Source of the DNA: Styela clava
Taxonomy: Eukaryota
Assembly (NCBI RefSeq): GCF_964204865.1
Contig: NC_135261.1
Location: forward strand, 15,252,001 to 15,316,000
DNA: 64,000 nucleotides
Direction of reading: 5' to 3'
Shown: in pieces, positions 38,297-52,282 of the stretch
Position numbering within the stretch: position 1 is the stretch's first letter
Layout: every line of letters starts with the position of its first letter
Position numbers and translations under genes: made by a program
The notes under the pieces: generated by a model
What the model saw: the letters and a program-made list of their open reading frames with translations, nothing else
The model's database searches: none
Told to the model about the DNA's origin: nothing

Positions 38297-41200
38297 TATG
38301 CTATATTTTCATTAACTCATAATATCTGAACCAAACCCAATATTTTATTATTCACATATTCCCTTTATTTTTTACCTTATTATGTTTCACTTAGGAGTCA
38401 TCCCTTAATACTTGAAATCTGGAGACCTATGAGAGACTAATGACTTGGTCATCAAGCATTGGAACCCCAGTGTAACGATTTAATAGACAAAAATATTTAC
38501 ATGGAGAAATATTTACTAAAATAAAGAAAATTATTGAGCCAAATTTTCAAATTCACTGTATGGTTTTAAGAACTATACATGTACAGTAATAGTCGGAAAT
38601 TACATCGGTATTAAAATACATTCTGACACAAATGAAAATTTATAATGTTACCTACATGAGTCGAAAGTTACCTCTGAACAGCCTTTTGCAAACATGTTCA
38701 AGTGATCTAGCGAAAGGATTCCTGCATTGATGAATCTTATGATTAAAATATGTTTTAGAACATTTGCAAGTAATTGCTGATAGTTTCATGTTATGCCTTT
38801 AACAACAGTAATTACTTTCTATTGTGTTAATTATTTTTGCATTTTATTCATATTTTATTTTCTGTAAATGAATGATTTTATTTTTTCAAATTTTTTTTTA
38901 ATCAGCTGTTTCTGTAATTTACATTTATCATTGTTATATCATTTTTTATTGCTAACCTATATTGATATATTATTATCTATAACTATTATGCACAGTCGGC
39001 GTCAGTATTTTGAAATGTTGATGATAAGCAGTGTTTTCTTCAATTTTTTTGTTTGTTTTATTCTCCTGTACTAAGGCATTAGGTTTTTTTTCGCACAATT
39101 TCTAGTTTTGGTAAATGCGGGAAAGTGCACTAAGATCATATACTGGTGCTGTTAATTTTGGGGTTAAAACAAATTAGTATTCACCCCAACTAACCTAACC
39201 CCATTTGGACATCGTTAATTAGGGTCAAAATTATAGTGACTAAACTCATTTGCTACTCAATTTTGCAAGGCTTTCGTAGTTTCAGTTAATAAATCTATGA
39301 CAAATTAATTCAAAGATTTTGACTTTAATTCATGCCCTGGAAATTACTGAAATTGGTATCCAAACCTGACCACAGCTCTGTGTAGTAGTCAGTACATTCA
39401 TTTTTAAGGTTCTAGTTATTCTTTTTCTGATTATTATTTCTTTAAATGTTATGCAAATAGTTGATCTTAGAAACAGGACGCATACTAACCAGCTAATGAT
39501 ATTTTTTTATCACTGTTGATTAATGAAGTCATATGTCTATGTGCAATCTATTCAAATATTAGCTGTTAAAAACTATGAAACGATTTTGTGACTTTGTAAG
39601 AGGTTAGTACTGAATCTGAACTGGCGAAACTCATTCGTTATCCTCCTCTGACTTGACTCGTCGGCGGTTGATTTTTCATGCCTCCGTTTCAGGAACGATT
39701 TTTACACCTTTCCTCTCTCTTATACGCTGTGGTAACGCTCGGCGTGCTCAGCTTAGAAAGTTCTAACGAAGTGTGGTGGCTTCACTTCATATTCCATATG
39801 GATATCCTAACGATGTCGCAACCTTGTACGTGCAAAATGGCCGCGCTGTACCGCGTAATGAAATGAAAACATGACCCCCATTGACTACCTTTCTTGAATT
39901 TCCGGATCGTAAATTTACGGTAGAAATTCTCACCGAGTAGACCAAAATAAAATTGTCAAATCGAGTAGGATGGGATTCTCATCTCGGCGAAGACGAAAAT
40001 GGAAACCCACGAAGGATAATCAGAAGTGTGATGATGGCAAGGTAAAAATATTTCATCTTTTTAATGAACCTTGCGTGACATGCCTCAGTATTTTGCATAC
40101 AACTGAATATTATGCGAATGTAAAAAGGAACGGTGGGAAACATTTTTTATTATTGGACACTCTGTTAGAAATATCCCGTAGTAAGCCGCTGATTATTATT
40201 CATTTCCAGTATTTTGAAGTGGACTTGCGTCGGTGTCAGTAATTACGTTCGTCGTGTAAATGCAACAGTTTCGATCCGAAATTGTTTGTAACGGTTCCAT
40301 TACATTTGAACCCATGACAATTGCACCTATGGATTTTTTTTTGTTTCACGGATAGTTAAACCCATACTAACCCATGGGTTTTAGCACCCGCATATAGATT
40401 GAACCCGTGGATATACGCATGGGTTCAAATGTACGGTCACCGTTTGTAACAGCTTAAGGTGTTAATATCCATCCCCCTAGTAATTTTTGCTTCAAAGATC
40501 TTCGAAATTTACACTGTTTGTCAACTAGTACGTAAATCGACTTTAGGCATGCCCTCCTAGAGTTAGACGAATGTGTAGGTTGCCCTATTATCGCATACTG
40601 CATTATGCGCTGTGATTGGAATCGTGCCTTCAAGATTTTGTGCTTTACGTAGTTAGTCGCGATGATGATACCATTTATATCGCGGACTGATTATGTCGAG
40701 AATATTTGTATAGCCAATTGGATATGGTGGATCGAAGGAATTTCAAAATGCAGAAGACTTCCTGCTATTTTGATTCGGTTGTATTACAGTCTGTCGTCTT
40801 ATCAGAAGTGGGCGAACCTCTGTTTAAGAAGTATTTACGGTGTGTGAGCCATAGCGCAAATTGTTTATAGAAACCGACTTTCAAAAACGGTTTTCAGTTT
40901 TGAGTCTGAATGTAGAAAGATTTCGTGTACAAAATGGCAGGATAAATAAATGAATTTTAAGGAATACTTAAATATAAATATCGTTATACTGAATGTTTTA
41001 TTTGTGCAGTTATCCAATAAAAAGACAAAAATAATATCTGGAAATAGGTATAAAAAAAATATATATATATTAGATGTTTCCAGCGTTTCCTGATAAGGGT
41101 GCTTGATGAGGGCACATTCGTTGAACTGCAAAGAACGACTAGGGCATGATCGTCGAAACTACGCGTCATACTATTTTCCAAATTATTGCTGCGTTTAATG

Positions 41201-41846
41201 TCGATCTATTCAGAGCACGTTGCGGAACTTCCTCATGCGAACCGACTGATCATCCACCAGTCAAAAATATTAATCTATCTACAGCAGGTCGAACACGGGC
41301 CATTTTTAAAATGCGCTAAATGGAAGCTGTGACCATGCTTGCTCAAAGACGGTTTTAAATTACTTGATTCTGAACGGTCCTATTGGCAGTGACGCACGAT
41401 CAATCTATTCTATAGCAACGAGCTTGCTGTTCTAATCTAAGCACAGGGCGTGCCTAATGGACATCGTAATATATCGTTAATAAAAAAAAGTAATATGGGT
41501 GAAATATATGTGAACCGCACCTAAAATCAAGTAGACACGAGCAGAGGGCAAGTGTAGGCTGGTTAGATTGTTGTGTCAGTAAAATGTCATATTATGGTAA
41601 ATTATCTTCGTGTACCTGTCGTATTGCCATCGTACGCGTGAAGGATATGTTGACCTGATAGAGATATAAACGTGTTAATAAATTTTATTCTGGAGACGAA
41701 CCCGTTTCATTTTATTTCTATTTCAGACTAGTTTACACGGCCTTCTAATATTTTTTATTTATCATTTTAACGTTGTATGCATAGACTGAAATTACATATT
41801 ACAGTACATAATTTCAAGTTACATTATCATTAACAAGAAGCCACGA

Positions 41847-44800
41847 ATGGATAACCCATTATTTGTCAATAAGCAAAAATTTTCCATATGCTGCTGCTTT
41901 TTGCTTATTGCTGCCTTTTTGACTCAATTATGTTTCACACAAGGTAAGCCTTCTGTAACAAATAACATTTTTAAAACCAAAAAAATAATTCAGTTGACAA
42001 CAATAGCATGTACTATCTATATAACTGTACCATTTTAATTAATAGAAACCTTAAAATAAACATTTTATAGGACTCATTTCTTACATCCGCGAATTGTTTA
42101 CTGTTTCGGTCTCGATTTGCAATATATACGTATTTTAAAATTAGGCATTTACGACGAGGGGCAGTTTATACTAATCTTTCTCACGAACACAAGTATTGTA
42201 TTTTTTGTTTTTTATTTTTAGGTGAAGCTGTGTCGGCATATTGCCACAAGAAGGATGATAATTCGGCCAACTGCAGTTCGCTGATTAATAAAATACAGAA
42301 TGGTAAGTCTATTCGTGCATTGTAATTCAGCAGAATAGTATTGACTCGCCAGAAAAAAGCCAAACCAACACCAAAAAATACTACGACCATCGTACAAAAG
42401 CGCAATTTTACCACAATTTGATACCATATATATAGCGAAAAGTAATATATTTTATTAAAATTTGATATTGATAAGCTTTTTGTGCTCTTTTCGTCGTGAA
42501 AATCAGACTTTTTTTTATTTTTTTACTTTATCTGCCAATTTTTTATGATTCTGACTCGAAGACTTTCGTATAAGAAGTTGGGTATAAAGAAGTGCTAAAA
42601 TCATGACCCTAGTCAGAAACGGATTTTGACGATATGAGGCCCTGGGCTATGTCAATCATGAGGCCCCACGGACGTCACATTGAACCTCCCTTCTTAATGT
42701 AAAATCTATCATGACGCTGTAAATAAGTTTTCAAACTGCGTGAAATGCGAAATTTCAGTTACAGACAAGATACCTGCGCTAATCACCAAAGTGGGTTGAA
42801 TAAGGATAGCTAGATATATTTCGAAATAAATGACTATGTGATGATAAATCTAAACAGAAAGCAATATCATATTTCTTATATATACTCGACAAATATTTGG
42901 GACAAGAAATATTAATCCGATTTAAAAATTAAATAAGTATATATATATATATATTAGTTTTTATAAAATTTAAACCACTTTTATTCTGGAACAACAATTT
43001 ACTATTTAAAAACGAATAAAGTACTATTTAAAATGAAAAAAGTTAAAATTGAATGTGGGCCCTTACCTTGCCTAATGGTAAATCCGGGCATGACCGTAGT
43101 ATATCCATCATTCTCGGCCGGTTACCCGGTTTTATAATAGTTTTAGTTTTCCAGATGTTAACGATCGTGAATAGCGTTTCCATTAGTCCCTCCCATCACA
43201 ATGTAGCAGACGACAATCAAATTTGCAATTCATACCCCATCCGTTTGTTTTTCATGTGTTGTGAATATTAATTCAGACTAGAAGATGTTTCACGCGATCT
43301 ATCAACATTTTTTTTTTTTTTTGCATATTGATAACTTTATCTAGAAATATATGAGCAAGATTTACAAATTTCAGATTCAGCATGGATTGCTACTTGCAAG
43401 TCTAGTTACTGGAAGATATTGATCAAATTCACTAACTGTAAGTAAATAAAATGGACACAAAACTAACTCTAGCTAATTCAATAATTCAATATAGCCTACT
43501 CGATTGGGTTTAGTGGTGTAAGAACGGTAGCGTAGTTGTAACACTTAAGAAAAGTGATTTGCGTTATTTCTGTGTGATAAAACATACCCGTTTCAGTTGC
43601 TAAAAGAGCGGTGAGGTGGATCTTTGACAGGAAACAACTGCCAAATGCCCACTACTTCTCCCTGTATGTGGTTCTCTAATATAGTATGTATTTTTTACTA
43701 ATTTCTAGTTATTTTACAGTGAATGCAACTAATTCCATGTGCATACAGATGACCTACAAATTGTCTTGTCTCAGTCCCGCAGGTTAGTAAATGTATAGAC
43801 TCGTGCTACAACGTTTGTGAACAGTTTTTTTAATGTTACTTAAGGTAACAATGAGTTATTTTCTTCTGTTTTCGGGGAGAAAGGTATATAGCTCTGATTC
43901 AAGCGTAAAGCAATTTCAATATTTACTTATGACTATCTAAAATACACCACATGTTGAGGCGCATTTCATGTACCGGGCCGGCATGATTGCCCTACCGTAA
44001 ATTAGATAAGGAATAGGGTTCATTGTCAATGGTGTCACTTTAACTGTACCATTTTCTCAAACTATTTTATATATATACTTAATTCGGTATCTCGGTTATC
44101 GATCAAAGTGGGAGATCGACGATATATCATATATAGTACCACAATAAATTGCGTTCCAAATTATCACAGATATATTATATAGTTTATAGTTGATTTCGAA
44201 GCTTTTAAAATCTCCTTTAAAAATGGTATCTGGGTTTATAAGAAGGCTTGGTGACAGATTATTTGGCGATCCCCAAAGAAGTGCCAATGGGCAGCAATAT
44301 ATAAACATTGTGAATTTGTGGTTACCGAAAAACGCGTACAAGTTGGTTTCAATATAAGTTTTGAAAATCTAAAAATAATGTATGTTCGACTTCAGCTTAT
44401 TAAATAATTATTAAATATATATCAAACCAATTTTGTGAGCAACTTAGTTATAGATTATTTTACTTCCTGGTGACACGACCGCATTCACAAATTCGTTGCC
44501 CTGTTAGAAACGAATTGTGCCGGGCCTAGTCTGTTTATGAACAAGAATAAAAATTGATGGTTAAGATTTTGTAATAAACAATGATTCCTACTGTATATTT
44601 TATTACCCTTGATTACTTTGTGTCAAATTGCGTTATATATAGTTATTAGTTATATATATACTATACCTTGCGAATCTTGAGTGTACTGCATAAAACGATT
44701 ACTCAGCGATTACTTGCGTAGGACGAAGTCGCCCTACCTGCTGGTAGATAAAGGCCAGCATTAAGGTCTTGATTCGCCATTAGTTCAAATGACCCGTAGA

Positions 44801-47585
44801 CGTGACGCACTACGGGTTTTATAATGTTACGCATTGTTTTGTCATAACTGTGCTCTGAACTGCATTTTCATAAATAACTAAGTGAACACATGAATATAAA
44901 AATCATATGATATGACGATTCAATGACTCAGCTGAAACTTTGCTATTAATAACCTTTTTAATTGCTCCAATCAGAGCAGAAATATATTTTAATGTATATA
45001 TTAGAATAAGATAAGGTATTTGTTTTCAAAATATGTCCATTCAAAAAGTTTAAAAATTCACAAAGAAAATAAAGCATTCACAAATTCGACTATCTATTAA
45101 TTGATAATTTCGATTTTCACACGAATATAACTATTCTTTTTTTGTAATCATCTAATTTGCAATACCGAGTCGTATATTTTCAATTTGTAATTTTGAAAGT
45201 ATGTTGATCAAAATTTACCGATGCGTTTTAGATAAACAACTTCGAAAAATGAGAGAAGAAATTTGTGAATTATCAGATAATGGCATTATAAGAAAAGATG
45301 CAACGCCGATCATTACGCAATATAAGAAAACCATCAATGACCCAATCTCCATTGGAAATTATTCTTCAATAATCTGGAAACACGGAAGCAAAGCCAAATA
45401 TCTGGCAACGGCTTTTGTTAAACCAAATAAATCAAAAGCAAAAACTTCACTTGCAAACAACGTTAACCTGTACAACGACTTCTTTTTGAGCTCGGATCTG
45501 GATATCATTCTGATATCGTTAATGGATGAAAACGGTACCAATGTAAATGAGTCTGTTTCATTCAACATAAACACGCAAAGTGATAAATCTGTTGCAGCTC
45601 TACCTAGCAGTGACCGCTTCAGCAAAATTTCAAAAGTTTGCATGTTCTATGATACGGTTTCTACACCTAAACGATGGTCGGATAAAACGTGCAAAACTAT
45701 TGTTCGAAATAGCGTGACATCTTGTCAATGTGAACACAATAGTGCCTTTGCTGTTGTATTTAGCACCCGTAACATCACTCTTCCTCAAGCTGTAACTACG
45801 GCATCAACCGTGATAGAATCAACTTCGATTGTTTTCCTACTCGTTACTGCAGTATTGCTTGGAATATACCGGTATGTACACGATGCAACAGTCTTTATTT
45901 TATTTCATTGTTGATTATAATAATAAGCAAATTAAGTTTGGGGGAAAAAAATTTGTATAGCCCTATTTATATATTAAATAAGTCATTCAGAGCAAGCTCG
46001 AATTCACATTGCTAGGTTGTATGAAAATGTATTCAACTTGTATTCACAAGAAGTCTGAATTTTATTTTGAAATAAATGGTGAATATTTTTACATTTCTTG
46101 GTAGATTTCAAAAAGACCGGTAACGGTACCGGACTGTCCTAGCTTTTCCAGGTCCTGTGACGATGGTGATTTATGCTTACATTTTCAACGTGAATTGAAA
46201 TACCAAATGATCCTAGACACAACTGTTTTAACAAATCGTTTACAATTACAGTATCGGTACCGTAGTCCCAGGGTACCAGACAAAAAATTTCAGACTTCCG
46301 CAAAGCACGAGAACCACTAACATGCGGTCGCCGCGGACCGCTATAATTTTTTTTTAATTTTGTTGACGTCACCACACAAAACGTCGAAATGGAAAACGAA
46401 TAAAGCCCACAGAAATTTTTGAAATAAACAAAGGTAATAGCGTTCTATCGACAACAGCAATCTTTAATTTCAACAACAAGTTACTAACAAAACGATCCGT
46501 AGGTCTATTTCATGTTCAATTACATATAAAGTTATATTAGTGGAACTAATAATTTTAGTATAAAGATAAACAGTGTTTTAAGTCATATAAATACTTTTTT
46601 GCAGGAAAAGGATGAGACATTTTGACCGCGTTCTCGTGCAAATCAATTTATGTCTGGCACTGTTGCTCACTCATCTGTTTTTTGTTCTCTCTCCGCTTGC
46701 TGTCGAAGTTTCGGCGATATGTTACTTTATGGCAGTTGGGACACACTTTTTCTTGGTAGCAACCGCTGTTTTAATGGTCATTGAAGGATCACTCATGTTG
46801 ACTAAAGTTCTCTGTAAGTGTTTTCTTCGTACATAAATTAGAATTACATAAACAGCTTGTTTAAATAGCTGTTTAAATCATGCAAAATGGCATATTCATA
46901 CTTTGATTCTTTGGTGTTTTTATACCGGATGCATTACAGCTTTATCAAATTTTATTCTTCTGCAGTTCCGCATGCATTTACCGACTCAAGTTCAAAGAAA
47001 AAGCGGCGAATAGTCGGTTTCTGTATCGCTTGGATTCTACCATTAATATATGCTATTGTTTGCGGGGTAGTAGGAAACAAAGACGGTGGTTATATTCCAA
47101 AAATCGCATCGAGGAAATCGTTCGAAAATTGCTGGATAGCTCCTGATTATGGAAAATATGTTGTGCTTATTCCAATTTGCTTGGCTCTTGGCATAAACCT
47201 ACTAATCGCCACCAGACTGGGATTATTAGTATGGAGAATGAGTAGAAGCGCTGAAAAATTCAAGCCTAGCAACCTACGCGATCAGAATAAAGCATCACAC
47301 GCCGCAAAAGCTCTACGCGCTGTTGTTATCCTCATGCCGATTCTAGGTATACCTTGGATACTAGGATTATTAGTCAACATTGAGCCACTGGAGGTCGTTT
47401 TTGGGTCTATCCATGTCGTTGTCAACGGGTTGCAAGGTCTTCTTTTATTCATTCACTACGCCCTGTTCAACGAAGAGATGAGAGGAGCACTGAAAAAGAT
47501 GTGGTCTACAAGTGTCTCAGCGCTTCCTACAGTACATTTTGTAAGCACCAGCAATACTTCTGTTCCATCTGCTGCAAAGGTTTAG
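41847..47585 (+). CDS. Adhesion G protein-coupled receptor (signal peptide, short Cys-containing ectodomain, GAIN/GPS, family-B-type 7TM), about 632 aa
   Basis: Exons 41847-41943 (signal peptide), 42222-42302, about 43147-43242, 43345-43437, 43720-43782, 45232-45871 (GAIN; GPS CMFYD..RWSDKTC..TSCQCEHNSAFAVVF; TM1), 46605-46813 (INLCLALLL, HFFLVA..LMVIEG) and 46966-47585 (AWILP, NCWI, KALRAVVILMPILGIPWILG, VNGLQG..FNEEMR). The last three exons are firm; the small N-terminal exons are less certain. Confidence 0.85.
42614..43092. mobile_element. hAT-like MITE in aGPCR intron 2
   Basis: TSD accctagt / accgtagt (7/8 match); imperfect TIRs cagaaacggattt / aaatccgggcatg; gaggccc subterminal motifs. 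Confidence 0.65.
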
Positions 47586-49799
47586 CCATTATTTAATTTG
47601 TGCTTGGTTTGTTTGAAATATAACACTTAATATTTGATTCATTTTTGTTACTATACTTAATTTCATTTAATATGGTGTTGGTGAAAACAGTAAATTAATA
47701 AGTAAAGTCAAAACTGGAAATCTCTTGTGGACTTTATGGTGTTTCGAATAACCGTCACGGTACTTAAATTTCGGTATAAACACATTTTAAAATCTCTTTT
47801 CTACTTTGTCAGATTTTATTCATATACCATCCTAAATGAACCGTTCTTGTTTTAACAAACTTCAATGTTCAAATTTCATGCATAAAAGGACAGAAAATTG
47901 ACTTTTTGATCATTGTATTGATTCATTCGAGCATAGGTTTCTAAGAGATACTTTGCCTCTTTTTAAAAAAAATTCGTGTAAATAACAGGAAGTAGACAAA
48001 TCAGATGTCAATCAGTTGTTACCAGTGTGTCATTGTGATATGCACATGACGTGTGCATGAATCATTGACTGGAATATTTGAATGCTTGCATGCTATATTT
48101 AAAACAATGCTGCCCTTGTGAACACAAAAGATTACCGTACATTTGCTATTGTATTTGCACGCTTTAACAATATTAGGATTTACTGTTAATTTTCCTTTTG
48201 TTCTGTCCTCATTTCAGATTGGTTACATTTGTGCAAATCATGCAATTTACGTTTTGTGATATCAATATCTTTATTATCAGTAATGTTTTGAGAACAAATT
48301 TGAAGTTGTCTATCGCCCAAGTGAACTACGATATCACGCATGCTACTCATGCACGACAGTGAAATCTTAAAAAAGTTACACCATTCACTGTTATGACCGG
48401 CAATTCCGGCTGTAGAATCCCGACTGATATGAATTCATACTCCTGGTAATTTCCCCATTCACGCCTGGTCCATCAGTGACTTCTTATTCTATTGTACAGA
48501 CATCCAAGAGCAGAAGCGACTCACAAGCCGGATTACACGACTAGACTACAGCGTCACGGTGTGGATTTGGATGAACATCACAATATCTCATTGATTATAT
48601 CAAAATCTATTTGCATAGTGTTAAAACATGCTGAGCATGGCACAAGTTTTGACAACATTTATCGACAATAGATTGTATGTATGGTCGTCTAGTATAGTTT
48701 CCCGTCCACACACAGGTTAGCAAAACTTGAAAAAGTCTCTATTTTAAACCTTTTACAAGAGTACTATATTAATGAATATTTTTATTCTCATTTCCAGTGA
48801 ATTTAATTTTTTGTGTAGCGTCTGAAAAGATTTTTTTTGTATCCTCTCTAATTATATAATAAATAATTCATGTGCCCATGATGTAACGTTTTTGCTCAAA
48901 TTCACGCCGAAAGGAAGTCTAAAGCAACCACCAATTATGTTAATAGCTACCGATCAACAATCGAATGTTATGTATATGATGAAATCTTAGGCGCCTGCAA
49001 ATATCATTAATTGCTGTGAGATAGCTATGATTAAATTGACAAGAGATAATAGTTTTGTAGAAATTGGTGTCTAGAGATCCAGTGGTTCCCACATTTTTAA
49101 TCTCCCGTCACCCCCTCTAACTCTCTATTTATGCATTATCATCGGCCCGACAATACCAAAAAATGTATAGTTATAAACAAAGTTAATATAAACAAAATTG
49201 AGCAAGTGGATCAATCATATATTATAGTGTTTTCTAATGAGACAAGCGAGTTTGGAATCTCTAACGGGTTTTTCAATGTTTGGAGATATTTTTGTCTGGC
49301 ACAGTATATAATTTATAGTAATGACGTCACGGGTAAAACTAATTTTATACCAAATAAGATATTGGAAATGAAATTATTCATGATTCTACATTGCCAGACG
49401 GCTTGCACTGAAATGTATACAGGGGCGATATCGCTGCTTTGAATCACCGAGCTCAAGTAGACTAATATATTCAATTCCACGGAATTTAATGAAATTTTTA
49501 TTATTCATTCTCAGTTTATATTTCTATGCAATATTTGTTAGTTTTAGTACTGAAACAATTTACGCTAGTTCTGGATATTTTATACGTAAAAATATTATAA
49601 TTCTCCTGATGTATATAAATGCTGCGAATATCTTCAGAAAGAAAATATATATGAAAACCATATACCTATTGTTTGGGAGACCCAAAGTTGTGAAGAATGT
49701 ATCAGATTATTTTGCATAAATTCACAGTTCGATTCCCTAAGAACAACAGCATTTTTATTTTTCAGTAAACATTATAATACTGTAGGACATACAATAATG

Positions 49800-49913
49800 C
49801 ATGCTCCCGAAGTATGCGTACCAAGATGGCGCACAACCTGAACATAGTATGTGTACCAGGTTAGGGCTGTTCAGGTTGTGCGTCATCTTGGTACGAATAC
49901 TTCCGGAGTGCCC
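49800..49913. mobile_element. Short palindromic MITE (same TIR family as 27402/31017)
   Basis: Arms gctcccgaagtatgcgtaccaagatggcgcacaacctgaaca / tgttcaggttgtgcgtcatcttggtacgaatacttccggagtg. Confidence 0.7.
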
Positions 49914-51203
49914 AATAATGGGTCTAGTGCTTTTAATGAATTTTGCTTCCCTTTATGCCATGACCAATGGATTGTGTTTTATTTTCATTATGATCCAATC
50001 TTTCGTATTTTTATCATTATATCATTTGCACATAATCCTATTTAAGATTTGATAAAAAAAAAATAGAATAATATGTAAAAATGATAAATAACTGTCAACC
50101 AGAACTTAGTATCTCTGAGCTCTGAGCGTTTGCTCAATATAGTCTTTTTCAGAAAAAATGCATAAAAAGTTACTCTCGAAATGATACTTGATCGAAGTAT
50201 TTTCACAAAAACAAATTCCAAGCTCCAATTCCGCAGTCTGTATGAGTTCGCGAGTTTGGCACATTTCATTCGGAAATATTTTTCGATTGTTTTTGATTTT
50301 TAATGAAACAGACAATTTTTTTGTTTCAAAAATTTAATTTGTATCTGCAAAATTTATTTCTTGTTTTACTTTTCCTATTCTATGTATATACATATAAACA
50401 AACGTCCTGAATAAAATAAAAATTGGGGTATAAGTTTACAGCTATAAATAAAACGAAGTGATTTTTTGTGTATACTGTCATGATGTTATTAGCTGAGATA
50501 CCTGCGCAAAACTGTTATTAGTATTTTGCTTTATATATTCGAACAAAATCCAGAATTATCTCGATCTATAATCGTTCAGTTTGTTGAAACATCATATATA
50601 CTCCTAAAATATCGCTACAATCAATATATCTTTTTCTTGAGCTATTTTGTGCATTGCCAATTGCACGCTTTATGTCAGATCACAACATATGGCTATTGCA
50701 GTTAGTTAACCACATAGCACCAGGGCCGGGTTCATACCACGGGAGGCCCTAGAGCAGCCTTTGCGTGCATGCTGAACCCCTGCGTTACTCTGGAAGCTTT
50801 CGTCGAACCATAAACAGCCTTAATGCAATCGAGAACGAATTTGCTGTGTACAGCATAGGCATATAGCAACATTAATTACAATAAGAGAACAACTACACAT
50901 AGTTATCCGAACAGGTCTCGTTCTTGGTTAACATATTTCACAAAAAATCCCCGGAATTGCAAAGAGTTTTTCGGACAAAACCATTGTGGTGTGTAACCTT
51001 AGATACATCGGTACACCGTGTCAAAATTACCTTTATTCTGCTACAATAGCGTACGAGGCAGATGACATCATGGTAGAAAAAACTTGTGCGACCATAAAGA
51101 GGAACGGGAGCTTTGAAAATCAAGAAGCTTAAATCATTTCAGAGAACCCTCGTTGAACTCCCAGAACAGCCCTCAAAACATCCCCGTTTAGAAACGCCTA
51201 GGG

Positions 51204-51617
51204 CAGAAGTCGGCAACTTTTTGCCGCTCGCGGACCAAAAGGTTGCAAGTCATTGGTGGGCCGCACATATTTTTAGAAAGTTGAAAACCGAACGAATGAT
51301 ACTTTTTATAATAAGAAATCAAACATTGATACATCTCTCAAATAGAATGTAGATTTATTTCCTCATTGCATTGCGTCTAAAAAAATTCCATTTGAATATT
51401 TTCGGCGCCATCGGATCCTTTTCACTTAGCATCAACTTTTTTGCGTGTTGGATTGGGTTATAATATAATTTAGTCTACATGTGTCTTACAATAAATTCTG
51501 TTACGTAAAGAATATAATCTTCAAAACACCTGTTTTGTTACTATAATTCAGCGAAGCATCGCTGGCCGGATTACATTACTCCGCGGGCCGGATCCCGCCG
51601 TAGGTTGCCGACCCCTG
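51204..51617. mobile_element. hAT-like MITE
   Basis: TIRs cagaagtcggcaac / gttgccgacccctg and gcgggccgg subterminal motifs; TSD not preserved. Confidence 0.6.
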
Positions 51618-52282
51618 AATTAAGGCTTAGGCCAGCGGTTCTCAAACTTTTCAGGATATGTAGCCTCTGAAAAGATTGACTTTTATTTACGAAGCACCGT
51701 AATAATTTTAATTAAATTTAATAAATAAAATAAAAACAAAAACGCATTGGTACTTTACTTACCAATTAATTGTCTTGAGTGAATTAAAATTACCATATTT
51801 AATGACTAGGCTGTATTTACCGTTGTCAGATTCATTACATTTTTATACTCGCTTTTAATCGCGAGAGGTGTGGAAGGAAGATATATATACATTTATATTC
51901 GCTTTGTTAGTCCGATTTTGTTGCTTTTCTGAACCTATCTGTATTTTTGACATGAAGACCTGAAGTAAACTAGAAGTAAAATATTCTGATATAATGTAGC
52001 CCCTGATATCAATAATCATTTATTTTAAATTTTAGCATTTGGTCCCCATCTTTATCACTCATGAGACAAACGGTTTAATTCCCATGTATTATTGACTTGT
52101 CCCTTCATACCTATTTAATTTGCCTACGTTGAGATTATTTGAGGTGTAACATCAAGTAAAAATTTCATTTTGAGTTTTGTGGAAGAATATCGTGGAGAAC
52201 ATGTTAAGTTTTTGCATCAAGTACTAGGATAAAAAAGTGAATTATGTTAATTATAAAGTCAACTTTTTTGCATGACCTTATA

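Noticed and set aside
40661-40690. Box C/D snoRNA (GATGATGA...CTGA)
   Set aside because: The boxes span only about 30 nt, too short for a snoRNA, and there is no clear host intron.
42759-42790. Extra aGPCR micro-exon (VTDKIPALITK)
   Set aside because: Lies inside the hAT-like MITE and is not needed to keep frame.
45359-45643. Minus-strand 94-aa ORF
   Set aside because: Antisense shadow of the aGPCR GAIN exon.
48218-48690. Coding-like segment after a strong acceptor
   Set aside because: Stops in the + strand frames I read and no recognisable motif; not enough support to call a pseudogene.
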